Shown here: positions 1 through 12,840 of the stretch, piece by piece
How positions within the stretch are numbered: the stretch's first letter is position 1
Layout: each line of letters opens with the position of its first letter
Assembly (NCBI GenBank): GCA_038496445.1
Contig: JALMLS010000385.1
Location: forward strand, 1-64,000
DNA: 64,000 nucleotides
Origin: Trichosphaerium sp. ATCC 40318
Taxonomy: Eukaryota; Protista; Tubulinea
Direction: 5' to 3'
The notes under the pieces: generated by a model
What the model saw: only the letters and a program-made list of their open reading frames with translations
Told to the model about the DNA's origin: nothing
Database searches by the model: none
Program-made: the position numbers and the translations under genes

Positions 1-585
1 TGGATCTATATTTGTTGAGAAAACAGTAATTAGTATCAATGAGAATAGCACTATAATTGTTCAAGGGTGCTATCTAGTTGGCGAGAATTCAACTATTTTT
101 CTACAAGTACAAAATCCTACAGAAGGTGCTGGTGTTAACAAACTTAAAATCTGTGTTTCTGACTCGTTGCAGGCCAAGAAATAGAGTATGCTAGATTTGC
201 ATGTACTAATGAAGGTAAACATAAAATTGAAGTGGTACATCCAAACGCATGTACACGTGTCACAGGTAATACAACAAATTTCTGTAGAGCCTACTGTAAT
301 CTTTTTTTAGCTCATGAAGTATACACAAGCTCCAGGCTGTTACTTGTACTTAGCGTCAAAAGTACATGCCCTGAACCAAACTACGATGATGGGGTTCCGT
401 TTGTTTTAATTTTAGCACCTACAGTGGCTGCTGTGGTCATTGTGCTTATTATTGTAGTTATCTTAGTACTCGTTGTACGGATTAGAAGAAAAAGCTTGAG
501 AAACAAGTATCAAGTGTTCACTTTGACAAGCTGGAAAATTAATATCTTTCTCCTAATTAATCACTTGTCCAACAAGGTCCAGTAA
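1..585 (+). CDS. 3' part of a multi-exon type I membrane protein (5' end outside window), C-terminal module similar to the LamG surface proteins at 34358 and 49430
   Basis: Spliced frame GSIFVEKTVISINENSTIIVQGC...ARFACTNE...LSVKSTC, then hydrophobic segment VPFVLILAPTVAAVVIVLIIVVILVLVV, basic RIRRK and stop at 585; GT-AG introns near 126-171 and 266-310. Confidence 0.7.
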
Positions 586-951
586 TATCTTAAAAAAACC
601 ACGAATGTAACCACTAAAACGTGCATCTTCGCTTCTGCAAGCCGCCATTGTGAGTGCTTTGAAAAGTAGTTTGCAATACACTTCGAAATGTTGTACTAAT
701 CCGTTCTTTGATTGGAGGCCTTTTGTACAACATTTTTGCAGAAAACAGCACATTTTTTAGTCAATCCTGGCGCTAATCAATTTCGCAAAAAAGTTGTCCA
801 AACCCCTTGGTAGGGAGAACAAATGGTTTCTAAGGATATCAGCAACGGATTGAAAGTCGGATAGCAATTTTTATCCGCGGGTTTTTTTCTTCCCGTGTTT
901 CAGTTAACCGCGGAAGTGGATATTTTGGTAATTTGTACAAGTCCACTTACG

Positions 952-1798
952 ATGGCAACACTCTATGCATTCCCAGTCTCCCCACCAAGCCGATTCGCCC
1001 ACATGGTGGCATTACTTGTAGGCGCTAAGATCGAATACAAGGTGCCATATCCTACAGACGACGGAGCTAACAAATGCTGTTTAGAGCTTGGATATGATAG
1101 CGAAAGAACATAAATCCGAGGCATATTTGAAGATAAACCCTCTTGGTAAAGTACCAGCTCTTAGAGAAGGAGATCGTATCATTTGTGACTCCGCAGCAAT
1201 AGCTAGATACTTGTGCATCAAGTACAAGAGTGACCTGTATCCTATTGATGACTTGGACGCTTTGGTTAAGGTACTAAGACAAATGTTGTCTTTTGGTTTT
1301 TGTGAACTCACTTTTTGTACCAGATTGATAGCGCTTTCGAATCAGTTAAAGGGGATATCAAAGAATCTCTTTACAAGTACTTTCAAGAAAATTATGGTAA
1401 AGAAGCTATGTATCCGCATACACCTAAAGATGAAGAGAAAGTAAAAGAACTTGCTGACAAAATTGAACAAGAAGTAAGAATATCTGAGATATTCTAATGT
1501 TCGAATGCTTACCATGTGCTAGCTTAAGTTTTACGAGACAACTTATTTTAAACAATCAGAGTGGCTTGTAGGTACTAGTATATCTATTGCTGATGTAATG
1601 CTGGGTATATCGCTATCTCACTCTATCATTCTTGGCAAATATCCGGCTGATAACATGCCTGATAAAGTCAAAACATTTTGGGCAAACATTCAAAAACAGG
1701 ACGCTTTCAAAGAATCACATAAATCTTTTGTAGCCGTTTTAGAAACTTCTCTAAAGAGGCTTAATGCTGCTATGGAAGCAGAAGCCAACAAAAACTAA
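952..1798 (+). CDS. Glutathione S-transferase (theta-like), 4 exons
   Basis: N-terminal LYAFPVSPPSR, INPLGKVPAL..D..ICDSAAIARYL motif, C-terminal WLVGTSISIADV; three GT-AG introns join the ORF fragments in frame. Confidence 0.93.
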
Positions 1799-2025
1799 AT
1801 GCACAGTACACCAATAAATTCAATGACAACAGTCTTCAATCCTTACTCCTTGTTTTTTTTTTACAACAACTTTTCGGTCTTGGTGTCAGCCTTTGAACAA
1901 TCTTGGTACCCGTGATTGCATAGTGTATAAATTCAGTTTGATAGTATTGATACTTCATACTCAAAAGACTGACCATGTTGTTGAAGTACAAAGATTAACT
2001 TCTTTTTTTTTTTTGAATTTTATAT

Positions 2026-3437
2026 TTACATTTTTACAATGACTTTGCCGTCTGTTTCTTTACTCCAAAGCATTTGTAGAGCTTCTTCACATTTTTCTAA
2101 ACCTTGATATGCTTCAATATAATGTGGTACAATACCATTACTATCAATAACTTTGGCTAAATGCCCCATAGCTTCATCACCTGTTAAAAAAATGAGGTTA
2201 GCTCCTAGCGTACAACAATAGTTAAACTCTATAGTCCGGACGGACCTGGCCAGAATAAACCCCAATCGTAATGAATCTTATAATTACTGTAGAACCTCCA
2301 CTTTTTTGCAGCCAGTTCAGCAACACCAGTGCCAAAACCAGCAAAAAGATTACGTTGTTTGTCAACATTTTGAATCATGTTACCACGTAGTGTTACATAG
2401 CATCCTTCTGGTTTTATCAAGTGTATAGACTGTTCTTCTAGGTTCGATTTACCAGCTGCATCTAATACAAAATCAAAACTCTCCTTGGGCTGAGCGAGCC
2501 AAGTCTAAAAAACAAATTAAAAAAAATACAACAAACAAAGTTACTCGGGTACCTGCTCTGCTCCGTCATAAGCAAATGCTTCTTTAGCCCCAAGAGCGAT
2601 TGCTTGTTCTATATCACGTTCTTTACAAGTTACAGTAACAGTACAGCCCAAATGTTTTGTCAAATATTGCAATGCGAAATGACCTTAAAAAATGTCAAAT
2701 CACATATTTTCAAAAAGGTGTTTTTACCGACAGCACCAAAACCTCCATGTATAAGTACTTTATCACCTGGTTTTACACTTGCGCCAATTTTATTCAAAGC
2801 ACGATAAGCAGTAAGTGAGACATAAGCCATTGATGCACCTAAGCCATTCTCATTATTTTCTGACACATTGTGACACTTCACCATGATTTTATCTTTTCTT
2901 TTGAAAAAAAAACGTACTTTGATCAAGATCTAGTGATTCTGGTTTATGGCATACAGCGAACTGAGATATATTACAATATTCTGACATGGTACCCCCATGT
3001 AAAGGATTAGGTGCAAACCAAACCTGATCTCCAGCCTTGAACACAAAGTCAATGCACTCGCATCAGAACATCTAAAATACCTTATAATTCCACGAATTAC
3101 CTGCTTCTACAACAGTGCCAGAGCCATCACGACCTTTACAAACTCGTAAGAATGAAGCTTGAAATTGCTAGTGATAGCTTGAAATAGAAAACTGACCTAT
3201 AGTGAAGGGTAAGGGGCGCATTGCTTCAAACAAGTTTTTTCCATAGCAATTGATCATCATTTGATCAAGTGGGTTCAAACTCGCTGCGTGCACTCTTTTA
3301 ACGTTAGATTATCAGTATTTATGCGAACAGTAAGCGTTTTATACGTACTTGACGAGTATTTGGTCTTTTTCGACAGTTGGGATTATTTGTTCAGTTATCG
3401 TGACTTCACCATACTTTGCTACCTGTACTGCTTTCAT
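2026..3437 (-). CDS. Medium-chain NAD(P)H:quinone oxidoreductase, RTN4IP1-like; a possible upstream transit-peptide exon (ATG 3605) could not be joined in frame
   Basis: VHAASLNPLD, PFTIGRDGSGTV, VLIHGGFGAVG nucleotide-binding loop, DFVLDAAG, C-terminal GKVIV; upstream in-frame VARRYCST resembles a mitochondrial presequence end. Confidence 0.85.
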
Positions 3438-3733
3438 TGTATTATTTGCCGTACTACAATAACGTCTTGCAACTTTGTGCCTAAAAGACGATTATAACTG
3501 AATGTATGAGTATAGCGGAATGTGAGAGCGTTTTAATAGCGTACTATGTGGTTTTACGCTGACACCACTAGCCACTTGGGTTTGAGCGCGCAGCAACCGT
3601 AACATGGTCTAAAGTGTATATTGTTGTATCTAAAAACGCTATTAAAGTGATGTATTACTTGTACTGACCGTTCTTCTTGAACCATCCAAAGATTACATAG
3701 CGCTATTGACACCACGCAAGTATAGTTTCCGCT

Positions 3734-5857
3734 ATGGCAGAGACAAAAGAAAAGGCTGTCAGCAAAGAATGCCCATTGGAGTATGTAATGCCTCCTCAAC
3801 CTACCAATATGACCGCTTTGGGCGTATGGTATACCTTGAAAGCTTTCTTAGAGGACAAAACCCAAACAATTCTTCAATTTCCAACTGACTTGGACGAATA
3901 CCAACGCAAGATCGGTCACGAGTATTGTGAAGGTACAATTTTCTCGTGTAAGGTGTTTTTTCGCTCGGAGCTTACAAAAACCCAGAAATCGGCAAGTTAT
4001 CACACCACAGCGAAGGCAGATCATCAAAACGGCGATTAATCGTTAAAAAAAATGCAAAAGCCAAAGGTACAACTACAACATGCCAATAACGTTTGCTAAC
4101 GCCAAAAATTGATTTAATAACGTCCTTCCCGCTCTTCTCAACTTTAACCGTTCACACGATTTAGCCGATTTCACAACGCTGACCTATCATCTCTGTAGGC
4201 TACAAGAAACACTTTCACAGGTTCAAGAAGCGTACTCCTGCAAAAGAAGGCTCTGTACGCTTTGTTAACTGGAACGTTGAATGGATGAACAACCTATTTG
4301 CTAGTGACACGTCCTTTGCTGTTTCAGTTTTTGACAGTACGTAACAAAAAAATTGAAGCGTTGAAACGTTATTTTAACTGAATGAAAAAGCATAAATTTT
4401 TTGTTTGTTTTTTTTGACGTTTTGATGTCTTATTTCTACTTGAGGCGAGAATAACGTTATTATCTTGGATGTTGATGAATTATGTCGTGACATTGCTGCT
4501 GTTATAAAAGAGCTTGACCCTGATGTTATATGTATTGAAGAAGGACCAAGACGAATGAAACAAATGGAGTTATTTGTTAAGACTTATTTAGATGATACTT
4601 TTGATTGCTATGGGTACCACCCTTACAGTTGCCTTTGTGTAATCACTAAATTACATCTTAGAGGTTTAGATGGAAACTTACAAAAGGTATATACCCTCAT
4701 AAAACGAGGAGGACCTATAAGAAATGCGAGTGTTGACAGTGAATGTGATGCTTTCTTGAAAGAAAAATGGTCATTTGATTTAGAAGGTAATGAAACCACT
4801 CAGCTCAAGAGCTACCAGTTTAGCAGAAGACCCGTTGTCATACGTGGTGATGTACGTCCAGTAGTTTTTTAAAACACTTTGAGGTGGATTGAGGTAACAT
4901 GGGATTTTCTAGATGACGTTTTGTGGAAATGATCGAGAAGTTTTTTTTGTAGCTCTTCATGCCAAGTCCAAGTTTGTTGCTCAAGGTGATAAGCTATGGG
5001 CATCTACTGATGAAGAAGACCGTAATAAATTTATATCACTTGCTGTAAAGAATAGGAGGCGTATAGCTGCCGAGTGGTAAGTCCCTACATGATTTATTTT
5101 ACCATAGTTTAATGTTCTTTGTTTAGCAGTAGAACCAGGAAAATGATCGACGATATTATCTTCTCTAAACATGATTGTAAGTATTCTTAATCTATTCATT
5201 TTATTCTTAGTGACTAAATTCTCTAGCACCGCTAGTTATTGTTGCTGGCGATCTTAATGATGGGCCTGGCATGGACTTTTTTGAAGAAAAGTAATTTTTG
5301 CTCTCCGGTTGAATCTTTAACTAAGACGCTCGTTTAGGTATTTACTATTTGATAGTATTGACAAGCTCATGGGCTCTCCTTTCTATAGAAAGAAGCTTCT
5401 TCAGGCTATATTGATCAACGACAAATTTGTTGCTGAAGAAGATCAATGGACAGTTGAATTCCAAGATTACGTTGATGGTGACAAGGTAAGGAAAACCTAT
5501 TTTAGAATTTTACTTTTTTTTTCCCTTTGAATCCACTCAAGGCATTCTTTCTTATATCGTTAAGACTAAGCGCGTATTACTTGATCATATATTCATCACA
5601 CAAGAAGTTGTGAGAACGACACATGCTGTACGTTGTCTGTTAAGTTTTATTATTTTTTTTTTCTAATTCAAGTTAAGGCTGGTATAAGTCACGATATCTA
5701 TCTTAGACATACTAAAGACTGTCATCCATCTGCTTCAAGGCAAAAGAGACCTTCAGACCATATCCCTGTCTTTTTAGACTTTGGTAATGAAGTGTTAACC
5801 GCCACAGATGATAAACTTAAAGCGACACTAAAAAAAACAACTAGTGCTTTGTTGTGA
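3734..5857 (+). CDS. R3H domain + endonuclease/exonuclease/phosphatase (EEP) domain protein, multi-exon
   Basis: LQFPTDLDEYQRKIGHEYCEEIGKLSHHSEG..KRRLIVKK (RxxxH motif); EEP motifs NWNVE, DVICIEEG, VAGDLND, LDHIF, PSDHIPV. Confidence 0.85.
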
Positions 5858-6518
5858 GCAAGTCGATCATGTATGCATATAATGATAATGAAGCCCTATT
5901 TTTGACTCTTAGTGGTACATTCCCTTTTTTTTTTTCTATTTTTACACATTCGGCGTTATTATTCCGAGACGGTGAGGATCTCGAACTATTTGCAAAAATA
6001 AACAGCATATGGTGGTGGAGAAAAGTTTTTTCCGGATTAATTTATTTGTTTTTATACGTATTTACACCCCTCTCATTCTTCTCTTTTCGCTCAAATATGA
6101 CCATTCTGTCACTTTAGTAGTTGTTATCAGTTAAATGCGTTGATTCGGCCTTAAATCATTTTATTTACGTTTTAACTGTGTCTTGTGCTTATTTTAAAGC
6201 ATCTATGCTATTTTAAGAAGTTAAAGGCGCCTTCTCTTGCCAAATTAACCCGAAAAAAACGTGGCCATCAAAAAAACCCAACTTGTTGGGTTTCGATGTT
6301 CTATTTACTCGCGTAGAGGTGTAGTTCCAAAATAGTTCATGAAAAAAACGATAAGAAAGTGTTTTTTTAAGCTACGCAGTTTTTTTGTTTTTGAAAATAA
6401 GTCTTTGTGGGTAAATTTAGAGCTAGGATCGCGCTATTGGGATAAAATCTCTTCCGGCTACTTGTAGAGATAAAGGTACCTCAAAACACGCTATAAATAC
6501 ATCAAGAGTGTCAAAGAA

Positions 6519-9500
6519 ATGAAGCTATTCAAAAAGCGGAGCAAAAAAGACTTCAAATTACTTTCTCCTGTAGAAACTGAACGTAATAGCACACGCGTGA
6601 CTGCTTTACGTGAGTACCTCACTAAGGTAACAAAAAAAGAAACGACAAAAACACGCAAAACATTTTTTTAATAGTTTCACACTTACTAGCGCAATAAACC
6701 TATTATCTTTTTAACATCAATCGCTTCGCGCACGTTTAAGAAACCTTTTTTTTAATTAAAACCAAAAAGAAACCGTTTCGTGCAATTCTAGACGTTTATA
6801 TTCGCGACTTTAAGCTATAAAACCTCTGATACAAGTATAGAATGTGGAATTACCGCCTCATTTACTCTCAATTCTTCTTGGCTTTCCCAAATTAACTGTA
6901 GAACATGTCAAAGGAGAAGGATGGGCAGTGTGTTTATCATGTATATATTTGCTTCATCCAGATTCATTCCACAGGCGAAGAAACCCGATTTTTGAAATAA
7001 ATAAGTTAAAGTTCGAACAACACAAGAGAGAAGGAAAGCTACCTCCCCTGCCGAATCAGCGTATCGTTGTTCAACGCAATGAAGGTGGTAGGAGGCGTAG
7101 TCAGAGCGTTGCTTACGATCCTTCTGTGTCTGGTTCCTCTGGCCCTATGGCACGCGTATGGAACGGAAGGAGATCAATCAGTCCAACAGAGATGGATAAA
7201 ACATCAGCTTTAGATATGTTTGACGCTCAGGAAGGATTTGGAGAAAATACAAAAAACGCAGCAAACAATTTTCATATTGTTCCTAGTAGCTCCCTTGGAG
7301 ACATCAGTACTAGTCTTGCATCACCAACACCACTCAAAATGCCTATATGGGATCGTATGTCTGAAGATGACTTGTACGGTTGCGCTTTCTTAACCCCGCC
7401 TTTTTGACTTTTGATGATTTTCAGTGAAGAAAGAGGAAATTTTTTTGGTTTTTTTTTTGTTTGTTTTGCCGCCTGTTTTTATTGTGTTCCTACCCTTCTC
7501 ATGTTTTTATTTTTAGAAGGAGTCTACTACAAGGGAAAGAACCTAAAACTCAAGTATGGCCTGCTCAAGCAAAGGAGGAGAAGGTGGTGGCATCACCGAT
7601 TTCGCGAAAAAAAGGTGGATTGCAACGTCACGTTTCGGCAAAAGATGTTTCTCCTCGTACCATTTCTACGAGGAAACAGGAGCGTCGAAGAAGTAGTCCT
7701 TTGGGGAAGACTAAGACTAGTCCACGTAGCTCGCGAAGTAGCATGGCATCTAGGCATCAGCGACCCATAAATTCAAATTCGCGTGGTTCTCCTCTCCGAA
7801 ACTTGAAAAAGAGTTCGGACAGTGTTGAGCGCAAGACTTCTAAGAGCCGTAAAAATTTGTTCTCAAAAGGCAAGAGACGTTCTAGGACAAAGAGTAGTCC
7901 ACCTATGCTTATTGGCCAACAAGTGAAACCAGACATGCCAAGGTAACTAGCGCTCATTCTTTAGAAAATTTTTTCGGGTTGTTTTTTTTGTATTTTTTTT
8001 ATTCATTTGTAGGGCACATATGGTTGAAGAAATGATGCTTGCTGCTGTCCCAGAAGAGACAGAAGTACGAAAAAGAGCTCAGATAAAGGTATGTTAAGGT
8101 TGACGACGTTTTGAGTGATTTAAAGTGACACGGTTTTTTTAGAAGCCTAAAAAAGCGAAACGTCGTGGGTCAGGGAAACTTCGTTTGCGATCACGTTCTT
8201 CTGGAATACCTGTTAAAAAGAGCGTTCTTCAACCAAAACCAAAACAAATCGATGTAGTCAAGTCGTCCTCTCCACCTCTTAGAGCGTCATCATCGCCTTC
8301 ATTGCCTGTGGCACCGCTTGACATGACGCCTAAAAAAGCGTTGTCACACTCTTACGTGCCAATATCGCCTCTCATGTCAGCGTTTACGGATCCTCCAAAG
8401 GCTATTAATCCTACAGAGAAGCCATTAGATGATTCTTTGGAAAAGGAGGATAAACTAAAGGAGCAACGAAGCATGGATACAAGAGAAGAAATTTTGAAAG
8501 CACGTGCAAGTATAGGCAAGAAGAGACCAAAATCACCACGGATAAATGACTATGAACAACACTTTTATCCTATTCGCACTTTTAACTCTTACTCTGTGTT
8601 ACCGGCTGCAGCAATGCGTAAGTTCTTATTCTTTCATTTTTTTTTTTTTGCTAAGTTTTTTTTTACGATTAGCGGAAGATCTCATTTCTCCGAGTAATCC
8701 TCGATCTACCTTCAAACCTGTAGGTACATTAGATCATGGGTAAGGGATATATACTATTAATTAATTAATTAATTATTGTAGGACAACGTCAAAGGTAGTG
8801 TTAGCAAGAACTAGAAAAAAGAAGAATAATAAAAGAAGGGTACACGTAACTTTTTTTTTTGATTTTAATTTTTTCGTAGCTTGTAGCCTTAAAACAGTTC
8901 CCAGCAAATAAGAGACGGTTTGAAAGAACTGCATTTGAGATCAAGACGCTCAAGGGCGTGAGTCATCCTAACCTAGTAAAATTTTATGATGCATTCTATT
9001 ATGAAGACAAGTTAACTGTATGTCTTTTTTAAAGTTCTCTTGGCAACAACACAAGATGTCTAATATTATTTATAGATTGCTATGGAATATTGTAATGCTG
9101 GAAATCTAAGGCAATACGTGAAAGTGAATAGGTTTCCACCAAAGGAGAGAATACTTGCGTACCTCATAAAGAAGGTAATGCTTGCCCTAGAAATTGTTTG
9201 AGAAAAAAAGTTGTAACTTGTGTGCAGATTCTTCATGGACTCAGATACTTGCATGATGTTTGTCAATACATTCACCGTGATATCAAGACGCTTAATATAT
9301 TATTAAACACGGATTGTGAAGTGAAGATTGGTACGCAAACCAGTTAAGGTTAAACCAACACATTACTGATTCATTTTGTTTTTTGTTTAAGTTGATTTTG
9401 GCATCTCTACAAAGTGCGTTTCTGGAGAGTATAAGCTTACACGTGTATCTGGTTCGCGAGTGTACATGGCTCCAGAAGTAATCCGAACAGATGGCTATGG

Positions 9501-10014
9501 ATTGAGCGTATGTTATTTTTTGTACAGATCCAGTAATGCTTTCTGCTCACTTTTTGTTTTTAAGGCGGACATTTGGAGTTTAGGGGCTACTATGTATGAA
9601 CTCATGATGCGCAGTGCCCCTTACGAACGTACTCCATCGTTCACGCAACTGTACAGTATTGCGACAGCAGGTACATTGTAGCATGTGTTAAGGTGGAACA
9701 CGTCTAATTCTTTTGATGTTTTTAGGCGCACCAACAATATCTGAAGAAGATGCAGAGCGTTGGTCTCCCCAAGCTCTTAACTTTTTTAACAAATGTACTA
9801 TATTTGATAAGACAAAACGACCAACTGCAGCTAAGCTTCTCAAGGTAAGTACAAACCCAAACTTTTGTTGTTTCTCTTTTTGTTTGTTTTTTTTTATCTA
9901 AGTTGTGTTTAGCACCCATTTATGAATCGGGCACCGAATACAATTACTCAAGATGAGTTGCTCCCAAGAGCTTATTTATGCCAGATAGCTGTGGATACCC
10001 GTCCTAGGTGGTAA
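6519..10014 (+). CDS. STE20/PAK-like Ser/Thr protein kinase with long basic Ser/Pro-rich N-terminal region
   Basis: Spliced kinase motifs VALK, HPNLVKFYDAF, IAMEYC, HRDIKTLNILL, DFG, GSRVYMAPE, ADIWSLG, KRPTAAKLLKHPF. Confidence 0.9.
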
Positions 10015-10453
10015 AGAAATTTGTGGTGTTAATATATAGCCCACAAGCGTTCCAGCGCGTTATACTTTATAAAAAATGTAAATATTTTCCCATGAGTTCA
10101 AAAAAACTACAGTATTTGTACTGGTTTTTTTTCAGCATATAGACGTGTACTACAGAAAAAAAAAGACTTTATTAAAAGAATATACCTCAATGGTTGTAGT
10201 ACCTTGTTGCGGTCTTTTGTATAAACATGTGGTTGACACGTGGTGCTCGTTCCAAACTATCTTGTAGAAATTTGTGCCAAGTTTATAAATTGAAGGCCAT
10301 GTTGTTTCAACCAAACAACATTGAGCTTCTACACTCAGATGCTCCTACCAGAAGAAAGTGCCATTTGGGAACTTAATACACGTGGTTACACTTTTCAAAG
10401 ACTTATTGTGACCTTAAGGACGTCCTTATTAACTAATCACGCGAGTTGTTAAC

Positions 10454-11800
10454 ATGGAGATAGCATTCTACATTCCAGAAATAGTTTTACATCGATTATA
10501 GCCTTCTCAAGCACTCACAAGCAAGCTCGCAACATAATCTGTTCTCCAAAGAACACAAAACAATTGTTTAAAGCCCAATGGACCAATCCTTTGTTTTATG
10601 GACCAATCCGCGAATGGCCTAAAAAACTTGGAGGTACTGGCAACACATCTGGGTTTGATGGCCTACAATACCTCTGCTTTGCACGTCAATTGGAGAAACA
10701 ATACCAAGTAAGTCAACTCAATTTTTTTAAAAGTGTTAGTGACCTATCTAAACACGTGACTGAAAATTTAGAGTGAGTGTAGAATAACAAAAAAAGGATT
10801 TGAAAGAGTACTCGATATCAATACAGGAGAACTGATTACTCCACCACCTCTTTCTTGGGATGTCCCTACTTATTACTATCGCCCTACTTTCGACTATGTG
10901 CTTTGGAATAAAACCACATATGGAGACGTATACAATACCGGTGATATAGTGTTGAGTGTCAACTCGAACACATCATCATACACTGGTTTTTGTAAAAAAA
11001 CCAAAAATAAAGTTTGGAGTATAGGATTAGAACCTTTGGGGAGGCAATATAGGCATGCATATGATCATCAAAGTACGACGATGGTTATACTAGATACAAG
11101 TAAAGATATAAAGAAGAGATATATGTATTGCGTTAACCTAAAGGATGGTACGACATTTAGGAATACTTTGTTGCTAAAATGGTGTTATCTTTGCATACTT
11201 TTGGGTCACTTAAAGGTGTTTATTTAGGTTCTATAATGTGGAAAAAAGATGTACTACACTTGTGTCCTTATAGTCAAATAGTATATTTATTTAGCCCAAA
11301 CAATAAGTTCATTTATATGCAAAGTAACAAAACAAATACTGCAGTACTTGATATCCAAACTGGCAAAGAAATTGGTGCACTGAATCATCCTGTTCACAAT
11401 GTCACCACTCAAAATGATATTTATAACCAACAAAGACTTCATTTACAAGTATAAAGAAGACAAGAACATATTCAACCTTGTATGGAAGAAAAAAGTAATA
11501 CCTAGATGTTGTCCAGCTATTTACCATTTTTCCAATGGCTTTATTCTATTGGAGATGCATAGAATCTTGTATGATAGTGATGTTCATCTTAATCTTATTG
11601 ACAAAGAAGGGAATACCATATGGGAAACAAGAATACATACAAAAAGCAAAAAATTTGGCTATCATCCTGTCAGAGTTCAAATCAGAGGAAAACACGGGAT
11701 TGTAGTACAATCAATTGCATCTTCAGTAGTATGTGAACATATTGATTGGGATGGTTCAAAAAAATGGAGGTATGATACTGAATCAAGTCAAAATAATTAG
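10454..11800 (+). pseudogene. F-box-like N-terminus + PQQ-type beta-propeller-like protein with two apparent frameshifts (about 10490 and 11420); pseudogene or assembly indels
   Basis: MEIAFYIPEIVL shifts frame into TSIIAFSSTHKQARNII; blade-end motifs NLKDGSIMWKK, LDIQTGKEI, IDKEGNTIWET, IDWDGSKKWRY; GT-AG introns explain some but not all frame changes. Confidence 0.55.
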
Positions 11801-12840
11801 AGCTATCATCATTTGTAGCCTCAGGACGGGTTGACTATAAACTAATATATAGACACAAAAGTTTGTAACGATCATCTACCTTGGAATCAGTACTGGTTTG
11901 ATTACCATCTGGTATAATAGATAATAAACACTTTAAAATGTACGCTACTAACAAAAGGGGTCACCTTTCCCACAAACTATCTCGACCATCAGGCTAAAGG
12001 CACTTTTTTGAAAAAATGAGTTTTAATAGTTTTAGTTTTTCTTTGAGCCAAGAACTGTTTTTAAATTGAAAATTCGTCCATGTATGCTATGGCATGATGT
12101 GTACATCATGACTAATTTTAGGGTATGGGTTGTACTTAGAGAAGGTAAAACAGTCAATTTAATTTTTAGACACTTTTGAAAAAACGAGTGATTTTTGCTC
12201 ATGCTTAACACCTACTTTTTCTTACACAACTTGAATACACGCTATACTGTATTATGTACCCGTTTGGTATACGTACGTAGCACTTTGATGTAAACTTTTT
12301 AAATTGCTCTTGAACAGACATTATAAACGTCAAGTGTCAGTAGCAGACTTAAACCTGACTTTAAGGCTGTATCGATGTAATGTGCATGCTTTCGTCTTTT
12401 GTCACAAGTGAGGGCTATGGCAAATACTTCTGCTGCCAGACGACAACGGAAACAAGCTATATTTTAGCAGCAAAAAGGTATGCCTTTTCTCTGAAGCGAA
12501 GTTGTTTGAGAAAATTATGAGAAGTTCATTTACAAAGTTAGGCAGTTCGTGCATGCAGTTGAGAAGTTTCGTTGTTTTTTCTAACTTATCGTTACCTTCA
12601 TAAAAAAACTCTTTAGACCACGAAACTATTATATCCGTTGCCTGGCTGTCATGAAATATTATTCAATTATTCAATTACTTTTCATTTAACCAAGTTCATC
12701 GAACGTTCAGCATAATATCGCAAACAATATAAACCATTTCGCCACGGTCAACAACACAATAAACACAACCATATCATGTGTAATACAAGGTACGCATCTA
12801 ATGACGCTGAGAATTTTCACTGTCAATAGATATTGATACG

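Noticed and set aside
11950-12400. Possible transposon end (AAGGGGTCACC) and palindrome CATGATGT-GT-ACATCATG
   Set aside because: No matching opposite end or second copy found in the window
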